NCBI GenBank assembly: GCA_963829525.1
Contig: CAWHIJ010000003.1
Coordinates: 736,001-800,000, forward strand
From: an uncultured Actinomycetota bacterium
GTDB lineage: Bacteria > Actinomycetota > Actinomycetes > JAHEKZ01
Direction of reading: 5' to 3'
DNA length: 64,000 nt
The notes below the pieces were generated by a model. The model saw only the letters and a list, made by a program, of their open reading frames with translations, was not told the origin of the DNA and did no database searches. Shown piece by piece: positions 56,328-64,000 of the stretch (the stretch's first letter is position 1; each line of letters begins with the position of its first letter). The position numbers were made by a program, and so were the translations under genes.

Positions 56328-57520
56328 CGCACTACCTCCAGAGTGTCTTCGATCACGGTGATCTGGCCGAGCCCGGCGCTCAGCGTCAGGTCGAGGGATC
56401 CAGCCGAGAGGCCGGTCGTCGCGGTGCTTTCCCAGGTGCGGGTGACGTCGGCCCCGTCAATGGGTCTCTCGCCAGGCATGTCGATCGTCCCTACCGCGAC
56501 ATCCGAGGTGGCGCTGACGGTTGTGTCTTCTGGAAGGAGGACCCGCAACTCTCCGATCCCGACAGATGCGTCGATCTGCAGGGGCTCAACCGGATTGAGC
56601 TTGCGCAGGTCGAGAGTGAGCTGGCCAACTCCTAGTTTGTAGGTCGGTTGCAGGTCTGCAGGTGAGGTCACGCGGTACACACGCTCGCCGGCGCCAGAAC
56701 CGGCGTTCCAGCTCACGTCACTGGGGATGGCAGCCATCGGGATGAGGACAAGCACCAGGGCGACGCCCAGGGCGATGAGTCCGCGCGACCGTCCGACGAA
56801 CGCTCCAACCAGCAGGCCAACCGCTACTACAGCCAGCGCGGTCGCAACAACAATCACCCCAGTGACGTCAAGGATGTCGGCGACGTCGAGGGCGATCAGC
56901 GACCCGGTGACGAGGAGCAGGACGCCGATGGTGAGACGCCCAAGGACGGACTTTTCCCGTGGCGGCTTGGGAACTGCAAGGGGGGGAGGCGGCGGCGGGT
57001 TCGCCGGCAACGTCGACGGTGCGGCTTGAGCGGCGGGAATCGACTCCAGCGGGGCGGCTGTGCCATCAGAGCGTCGAGTGAGTGCAACGACCGCGGCGAC
57101 CACGAGGAAGAGCAGTACGACGCCGCCAAAGCCAGGCCCATCGCCCCAAACGCCCCACGCCAGCATTGGACCGATGAGGAGGACGCCGATGACAACTGCC
57201 GCGGCGATTCCGAGCGCGCCGTTGTTCCGGAAAAAGCGCTCGCCCATCGAGTCAGCGCGGCCATCCTCGGGGATGAAGAGCCAGCCAGCGAGGTAGAGCA
57301 GCAAGCCGCTGCCGCCGAAAATGGCCAACACGACAAAGGCCACTCGAACCAAGATCGGGTCGATGCCGAGGCTGCGGGCGATCCCAGCCGCGACGCCGCC
57401 GAGGACATTCTCGCTGCCGGTCGTGCGTCGCAGTGCTGGCCGCGGTGGGGCTGGTGGAACCGGGGGTGGGGGCGTGAAGCCAGGGGGCGGGGGGGCGTAT
57501 CAGGTCTCGTTCTCGGTCAT
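56324..57520 (-). CDS. PspC-domain membrane protein with LiaF-like C-terminus; in-frame TGA at codon 7
   Basis: MTENET*YAPPPP...LRRTTGSENVLGGVAAGIARSLGIDPILVRVAFVVL...YLAGWLFIP; C-terminal LGVGQLTLDL, VGIGELRVLLP. Confidence 0.85.
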
Positions 57521-57663
57521 GGCCCCATGCAACTCTCTTGTGCGCCTCGGCGCATCGGGCGGAGGACCTGAGGTATCCCTGAAACCCGACCCTGAGTGAT
57601 CGAACCGATCGCTACGGTGGCTCCCTGAGGACTAACCCGCAGCGAACCCGCCACCATAGGGGG

Positions 57664-58902
57664 GTGACCACCCCTTCCGCGCAGAGCGCGCCAGTGCTGG
57701 CGGCTCCGCGCCTCACCCGTGCCTCCTCGGGCCGCATGGTCGGTGGGGTGGCACGGGGCATCGCCGAGCACCTTCGTGTCGACGTCTGGTGGGTGCGCGC
57801 TGGATTTGTCATCCTCGTGTTCATCGGTGGCTCCGGCTTCTTGGCCTACGCCATCTTGTGGGCACTCGTTCCGATCGACGCAGGAGCTGAGCAGGACCAG
57901 GACCAGGACACCTCCGCGACCACCGTTGACGGGCGAGGCACTGAGACCTCGCTCCTTCTGGTTCTTGGAGCGACGGGCGTGGTTGTCGGTACCCTCCTGC
58001 TTGCCTCGATGGCCGGACTCAGCGTTCGGGGTGTGGTGCCGCTGGGCGTCGCTGGCCTTGGGGCTGCGCTGATCTGGCTACGGGCCGATGAGGGACAACG
58101 GGACCGCCTTCGTACTGGCGTGGGCCGCGTGACCCCAGGGAGTCGCACGGGCCTGCTGCAGTTCGGACTCGGCGTCGTCCTTGTCCTGGTGGGGCTCATC
58201 TCATTCGGGGTTGGCGGCGTGGGTCTCGGACAAGCAGGCACCCTGCTCGCGGCTGTCGTCGTTGTTGTCGTCGGCATCGCCTTGGTGGCGAGTCCTTTCG
58301 CCCTACGCCTGTGGCGCGAGCGCGACGCCGAACGCCGGGCACGAATCCGCAGCGAGGAGCGCGCGGAGATAGCCGCGCAGGTGCACGACTCGGTGCTGCA
58401 GTCGCTGACCCTCATTCAGCGTAACTCTTCTGACCCGGTGGAGGTGACGCGGATAGCGAGGGCCCAGGAGCGCGACTTGCGGCGCTGGCTCTACCCAAAG
58501 CCTTCACCGCTGACGTCGTCGTTCCGTGCGGCGCTTGAAGAACTGGCCGCTGACGTTGAGGACACCTATGGCGTGCGCGTCGAAGTCGTGTGCGTCGGCG
58601 ACGTGGTGCTGAACGAACCCTTGACGGCGGTGCTTCAGGCCACGCGGGAGGCGGTGTCGAATGCGGGACGCCACTCGGGGGACGACACTGTGTCGGTGTA
58701 CGCGGAGATGACACCGACAGTGGTCATGGTCCATGTGCGTGACAGAGGGGTGGGCTTCTCGCTCGACGACGTCCCCGATGACCGCATGGGCGTCCGCGAG
58801 TCGATACTCAGACGCATCGAGCGTTATGGGGGACGTGCCTCGGTCACCACAGAACCGGGCGTCGGCACCCGAGTAGAACTGCTGATGGAGACGCGATCAT
58901 GA
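57664..58902 (+). CDS. PspC-domain sensor histidine kinase
   Basis: GGVARGIAEHL PspC domain; IAAQVHDSVLQSL, REAVSNA, DRGVGF. Confidence 0.93.
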   Translation: MTTPSAQSAPVLAAPRLTRASSGRMVGGVARGIAEHLRVDVWWVRAGFVILVFIGGSGFLAYAILWALVPIDAGAEQDQDQDTSATTVDGRGTETSLLLVLGATGVVVGTLLLASMAGLSVRGVVPLGVAGLGAALIWLRADEGQRDRLRTGVGRVTPGSRTGLLQFGLGVVLVLVGLISFGVGGVGLGQAGTLLAAVVVVVVGIALVASPFALRLWRERDAERRARIRSEERAEIAAQVHDSVLQSLTLIQRNSSDPVEVTRIARAQERDLRRWLYPKPSPLTSSFRAALEELAADVEDTYGVRVEVVCVGDVVLNEPLTAVLQATREAVSNAGRHSGDDTVSVYAEMTPTVVMVHVRDRGVGFSLDDVPDDRMGVRESILRRIERYGGRASVTTEPGVGTRVELLMETRS

Positions 58903-59552
58903 GTCCTGTGACGAATCCACCTTCTGTCGTGCTTGTTGACGACCACCGCATGTTCCGCACTGGGGTGCGTACCGAGCTCGGCGACCAGGTGCGCATCCTT
59001 GGCGAGGCAGAAGACGTCGAGTCTGCTGTTGCCGTGGTTCTTGCGACTCAGCCGGAGGTGGTACTTCTCGACGTTCACCTTCCGGGGGGCAACGGGCCCG
59101 AGGTGATCAAGAGGGTTGGGGAGGGTGCTCCTGACACTCGGTTCCTGGCCCTGTCGGTGTCGGACGATGCTGACGATGTCATCGCCACCATTCGCGCAGG
59201 GGCGCGCGGATACGTCACCAAGTCCATTGACGGGGCCGAACTTGCAGATGCGGTGCGGCAGGTGGCAGCAGGCGATGCCGTTTTCTCGCCCCGGCTGGCC
59301 GGTTTCGTGTTGGACGCTTTTGCCGGGTCGGTGGAAGTGGCTGAGGTCGATGAGGAACTCGACCGACTCACACCTCGCGAGCGCGACGTCATGCGCTTGA
59401 TCGCCAGGGGCTACACCTATCGCGAGGCGGCGTCCGAGCTGTTCTTGTCGATCAAGACGATTGAGACGCACGTGTCCAGCGTGCTGCGCAAGCTTCAGTT
59501 GTCGAACCGCAACGAGCTCGCTCGATGGGCGTCTGATCGTCGGCTCACCTGA
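58899..59552 (+). CDS. NarL/LuxR response regulator
   Basis: LVDDH, LLDVHLP, GYVTK, LTPRERDV, KTIETHVSSVLRKL. Confidence 0.95.
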   Translation: MSPVTNPPSVVLVDDHRMFRTGVRTELGDQVRILGEAEDVESAVAVVLATQPEVVLLDVHLPGGNGPEVIKRVGEGAPDTRFLALSVSDDADDVIATIRAGARGYVTKSIDGAELADAVRQVAAGDAVFSPRLAGFVLDAFAGSVEVAEVDEELDRLTPRERDVMRLIARGYTYREAASELFLSIKTIETHVSSVLRKLQLSNRNELARWASDRRLT

Positions 59553-59569
59553 CGCCCTAAAGTGACGAC

Positions 59570-59914
59570 ATGGATTTCCTCGAACACACCCTTGTCGTTC
59601 TGCACTTCATCGGGCTGGCCAGCCTCTTGGGCGGCTTCCTCGTGCAGATGAAGGCGAGCCCGCGCGTCGTCAACAACGCCATGGTGCACGGAATCATCAC
59701 CCAGCTGGTCACCGGCGTCCTGCTTGTGGGGATCGCCGAGTCCGACGACGCGCCCGTCGATCACGCCAAGATCGGCGTGAAGTTGACCGTGGCCGTAATC
59801 GTGGCCGTGCTGGTCTTCGCCAACCGCAAGCGCGATGTGCTCAGCACCGGCGCGTGGGGGCTGATCGGCGGACTCACGATCGCCAACATCGTGGTCGCTG
59901 TCTTCTGGACCTAG
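59570..59914 (+). CDS. Small four-TM conserved actinobacterial membrane protein
   Basis: LHFIGLASLLGG, QLVTG, KIGVKL, IVVAVFW. Confidence 0.85.
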   Translation: MDFLEHTLVVLHFIGLASLLGGFLVQMKASPRVVNNAMVHGIITQLVTGVLLVGIAESDDAPVDHAKIGVKLTVAVIVAVLVFANRKRDVLSTGAWGLIGGLTIANIVVAVFWT

Positions 59915-60639
59915 GCCGTACGAACGATTTGGAATGCCTCGGCGAGCCGACCCTCAGGCAGTCCGAAACGCTCAGCCACCATCTCGCCCCAGCCCCGGAT
60001 GAACTTCTCCAAGTCCTCCATGTGCGCCGTCTGCGACTCGTGTGCCTGCAGGGCGGCTATCTTCGTGGCGAACGTGTCGGTGATGTCCACGGCGTGGCCA
60101 GCCTGAGGACCTGCCATGACCCAGACCTCTTCGACGGTCCAGGCCTCGAGCTCTTCGTCGCCGAGCAATGAGACGTGAGCGAAGGGGTTTCGGGCGTCGG
60201 GATAGATCGCCTGGATCGCGGCCTCGCCGGCGGCAAGGTGATCCGGGTGCGAGGCCTGGATCCGCTCCCAGTTGCGTTCGGGGGACTGGATGAGCATTCG
60301 GCGCGGCTTCACCTGCCGGATCACCCGACTGATGTCGCGCCGGAGGTCGTGCGAGACGGTGAGCTCACCATCGCGGTAGCCGAGGTAGACGACGTCCGAC
60401 GCCCCCCACAGCGCAGCAGCGGCGCGTTGCTCAGCGCGGCGGATATCCGGAATGTCTGATCTCAGGACGTCTGGGTCGAAGCCCCCGGCGTCGCCGTCGG
60501 TGATCACGCAGAGGGTGACGGCGATCCCCTGGGCCGTCCACTGGGCCAAAGTGCCTGAGGCACCGAAGTCGACGTCGTCGGGGTGGGCGGTGACCACCAG
60601 AACACGCTCAACCTCGGAGTCGGGGAGATGCTCAGCCAC
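59911..60639 (-). CDS. PIG-L/LmbE family deacetylase
   Basis: AHPDDVDF, RRAEQ, HPDH, AHESQ; SD AAGGAG before GTG 60639. Confidence 0.92.
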   Translation of the reverse strand: MAEHLPDSEVERVLVVTAHPDDVDFGASGTLAQWTAQGIAVTLCVITDGDAGGFDPDVLRSDIPDIRRAEQRAAAALWGASDVVYLGYRDGELTVSHDLRRDISRVIRQVKPRRMLIQSPERNWERIQASHPDHLAAGEAAIQAIYPDARNPFAHVSLLGDEELEAWTVEEVWVMAGPQAGHAVDITDTFATKIAALQAHESQTAHMEDLEKFIRGWGEMVAERFGLPEGRLAEAFQIVRTA

Positions 60640-60764
60640 TGGGGCTCCTTCTGCTGGATCACGGCTTGGTAGGCGGTTGTGGGTGCGCTGATCGGGTGAA
60701 CTGCTCCGCGCCATGGTAGGCAGGGGGCTTCAGCGCGGCATCCTCGCCGCCGAACGTACACGTG

Positions 60765-62552
60765 ATGCCTACCTCAGACAAGAGCCCTCCGCCTGCCGGT
60801 GCACCTGCTGCTTCTGGCCGTTGTGGCGACCCTCGTCCCGCTGGTTCTGAGCGCGCCGGCCGAGGCTGCCCCGCCACAGCCGAATACCCCCAGGTTCGGC
60901 AAGGCGATCGAAGGATACGCCCCCTATGAGGGCAACACCGATCTGCGATCCGGTCGACCGGCCGGGAGCGGAGAAGATCGCCGCCTTGATCCGGGCCACC
61001 TACGGTTCCGACGAGTCGATCGGCATCGCCCGCAACTCGTGCTACTCGCCCTCCGAGCACAACGACGGTCGAGCGCTCGACTGGATGGTCGACGCGACGA
61101 CCAGAGCAGGCAGAGCCAAGGCGGATTCGTTCTTGTCGTGGCTGCTGGCCACGGATGAAGACGGCCACACGAACGCGATGGCTCGTCGGCTGGGAATCAT
61201 GTACATCATCTTCAACAAGCGGATCTGGCGGGCGTACGGCGATCCCGGGTGGGGCTCCTACAGCGGCACCAACCCGCATACCGACCACATCCACATCAGT
61301 TTGAGCTACGACGGCTCGACTGGCCGTACCTCCTTCTGGGGCGGAAAGCCGCTCGAGAAGCCTTGCACCACCGCATCCTTGACTGAGCTCGGCGCCGCGG
61401 GTCCAGACCGACCCGATGCGTTACGTCGCGGTTCCTCCGACTCGTCTGGCGTCCACCGAGTCCGGGGCCGGGATGCTCAGCGGGCCTTGTCGGCTCTTCC
61501 AAGGCTCGGGTCGCCGCGTTGATGTGCAGGTGACAGGCACCGGCCCGGTACCCAGCAAGGGGGTTTCCGCAGTTGCCTTGAACGTTGCGATGCAGCGTCC
61601 AAACTGGAGTTCTGGTCTAACGGCCGGCCCGGCTGGTGGAGACATTCCGACGATTCGCCGGGTCTCGGCAGCCCAGAACCAGATCGGCTCGTCTTCCATG
61701 GTGCTTCCGGTGGGAGCTGATGGGAAAGTCAGCTTCTTCGCCGACTTCGGCGCCACTGATCTCGCAGTGAGTGTGGTCGGCTATTACGTCAACCCGGATG
61801 CGCGTCTGGCGCTTCGCCGGGTGATCGCAGCCGATGGCGGCGACCAGTTCGATGCTGTTCGCCCTCAGCGCCTGGCCACTCTCTCGCTCGGTCCCAGCGG
61901 GGCAAACAAGCTGCCGGTCGCGGGCCAGGCCGGAACTGACCCGGCGTCATCGTCGGCCGTTCTGAGCCTGACCGTCGCCCCGGGGGACGGGCACGGTTCG
62001 CTCTACGCCTACCCGGCCGGAGGCAACCGCCCGAAGATCCCGGTACTGACCTACCGTCGTGGAGCCACCACGGTGCAGACCTCAGTGCCTTTGGGTCGTG
62101 CTGGAGCGGTCGTGATCGAGAACGACGGGTCCGACGGCCGAAGCGTCGCCGTTGACGTTGCCGGTGCCTATGAGCCAGTCGCCCTCAACGGCGGCGGAAG
62201 CCTCGCCCTGCGAGCCAATCCGAAAACCGTTGTTGACACCGGGTCTGATCTGCAGGTGTCGAACCTCGGTGACGGGTCGATCAAGGACTTCTCGGTGAGC
62301 GCCGCGGTCCCTCGTGACGCCGACAGTGTGCTTCTGCAGGTTACGGCGCGGCGCGCCGTAACCTCGGGCACGCTGACCTTCTGGCGCCCCGGCGGATCAC
62401 GTCCGGATACGACAGACCTGTCAGTCGCCCCGGGGCAAACCGTCACTGGAACCGTTGTCGCAGGGGTTGGTGACCAGGGGATGGTCAGGGTGAGAAACAC
62501 CGGTGCCAAGGGCGTTGACGTGCGCGTCACGGTGCTCGGTTCGTTCCGCTGA
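60765..62552 (+). CDS. Secreted LAS-type (M15-like) metallopeptidase with two surface beta-sandwich repeats; frameshifts near 60938 and 61385, start uncertain
   Basis: Signal peptide, SEHNDGRALD (H-x6-D), HTDHIHIS (H-x-H), then repeats with PTRL/PQRL...AVALNV. Confidence 0.75.
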
Positions 62553-62618
62553 TCTGTCGTCTAGACGCTGTCTCGGGCTGCCACGTGGGTGTCTGCCTCG
62601 CCGCCTAGACTTCGGTCG

Positions 62619-64000
62619 GTGACCTCCCTTTTCGACGATCTCCCAGGCTTCGCGCCCGTCGCGCAGCCGACGTCGTCGCGCGGGCCGGCGATCGATACCC
62701 GGGCCCTGCTCGAGGGGCTGAATGATCAGCAGCAAGCTGCCGTCAAGCACGAGGGCAGCCCCCTCTTGATCGTCGCTGGCGCGGGATCGGGAAAGACTCG
62801 AGTGCTCACCCACCGGATCGCCTACCTCTTGGCAGCTCGGGGGGTCCAGCCGGGCCAGATACTTGCCATCACGTTCACGAACAAGGCCGCTGGTGAGATG
62901 AAGGAGCGCGTGCGCGCTCTCGTGGGTCCCCGGGCGAAAGCCATGTGGGTGTCCACCTTCCACTCCGCTTGTGTGCGCATCCTGCGTGCTGAGAGCAAGC
63001 GGTTAGGCATGTCGTCGTCGTTCTCGATCTACGATGCGGCCGACTCACAGCGACTGATGACCATGGTCTGCCGCGATCTCGATCTCGACCCCAAGAGGTA
63101 CCCGCCCCGCTCGCTCACTGCGCAGGTGAGCAATCTCAAGAACGAACTAGTCGACTGGGAGTCGTACGCAAGTCGCACGGCGACGCCGACTGAAGAGATG
63201 CTGGCCGAGGTCTACCGCACCTATCAGCGGCGTTTACTCGAGGCCAATGCCGTCGACTTCGACGACCTGATCATGACGACGGTCAACCTGCTGCAGGCCT
63301 TCCCCGAGGCTGCCGAGCACTACCGACGACGCTTTCGACACGTTTTGGTTGACGAGTACCAGGACACCAACCATGCCCAGTACGTCTTGGTGAAGGAGCT
63401 TGTCGGACCTGCCGACGAAGAACTGCCACCGGCCGAGCTTGCAGTGGTCGGGGACGCAGACCAGAGCATCTACGCCTTCCGTGGCGCGACCATCCGCAAC
63501 ATCCTGCAGTTCGAAGAGGACTACCCGAACGCGCAGACGATTTTGCTGGAACAGAACTACCGGTCGACGCAGACCATCTTGTCGGCGGCGAACTCAGTCA
63601 TTGCGCGCAACCTCAACCGGAAGCCAAAGAACCTGTGGAGCGACTCCGGCTCGGGATGGCCGATTGTCGGTTACGTCGCCGACAACGAGCACGACGAGGC
63701 ATCGTTCGTCGCACAGACCGTTGACGAGCTCGGTGACAACGGACATGCGAAGCCTCGTGACGTTGCGGTGTTCTACCGCACCAATGCTCAGTCACGCGTT
63801 TTCGAAGAGGTCTTCATTCGCGTGGGACTGCCCTACAAAGTCGTCGGTGGCGTCCGCTTCTACGAGCGTCGCGAGGTGCGCGACGCACTTGCGTATCTTC
63901 GGGTGCTAGCCAACCCCGATGACGTCGTATCGATGCGTCGCATCGTCAACACCCCCAAGCGCGGGATCGGGGACCGCGCTGTCGCTGCAGTCGAGGTCTT
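62619..64000 (+). CDS. pcrA: DNA helicase PcrA/UvrD (3'-truncated; absent from ORF track)
   Basis: GLNDQQQAAV, AGAGSGKTRVLT, ITFTNKAA, VDEYQDTN, VGDADQSIYAFRGA, LEQNYRS. Confidence 0.97.
   Translation, partial: MTSLFDDLPGFAPVAQPTSSRGPAIDTRALLEGLNDQQQAAVKHEGSPLLIVAGAGSGKTRVLTHRIAYLLAARGVQPGQILAITFTNKAAGEMKERVRALVGPRAKAMWVSTFHSACVRILRAESKRLGMSSSFSIYDAADSQRLMTMVCRDLDLDPKRYPPRSLTAQVSNLKNELVDWESYASRTATPTEEMLAEVYRTYQRRLLEANAVDFDDLIMTTVNLLQAFPEAAEHYRRRFRHVLVDEYQDTNHAQYVLVKELVGPADEELPPAELAVVGDADQSIYAFRGATIRNILQFEEDYPNAQTILLEQNYRSTQTILSAANSVIARNLNRKPKNLWSDSGSGWPIVGYVADNEHDEASFVAQTVDELGDNGHAKPRDVAVFYRTNAQSRVFEEVFIRVGLPYKVVGGVRFYERREVRDALAYLRVLANPDDVVSMRRIVNTPKRGIGDRAVAAVEV

Overview
High-GC actinobacterial chromosomal segment, almost all core genome. 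It carries the S10-spc-alpha ribosomal protein clusters (rplD to rplQ, secY, adk, map, infA, rpoA), truA, rplM-rpsI, glmM-glmS-acpS-nnr-alr, tsaEB-rimI-tsaD, groES-groEL1 with two CIRCE operators, a developmental regulatory block (whiB3/whiD-like, CarH-like MerR-B12 regulator, Rv3415c-like protein, bldM, SigD/ShbA-type sigma and anti-sigma), guaB-guaB3-guaA, a PspC two-component locus and the 5' part of pcrA. Small accessory inserts include a TauE exporter, an ECF sigma/anti-sigma/secreted protein trio, a lone carbamate kinase, ABC-F, MFS, an orphan chemoreceptor and a secreted LAS-type peptidase. No rRNA, tRNA, CRISPR array or mobile element was seen. At least 12 single-base frameshifts, including in tsaD and guaA, are most simply read as assembly errors. 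The most notable signal is four sigma-28 (FliA/WhiG)-like promoter matches upstream of bldM, the chemoreceptor, an unannotated 55-aa ORF and the secreted peptidase, suggesting a motility/development regulon. All homology calls are by recognition of the translated sequence; no searches were run.
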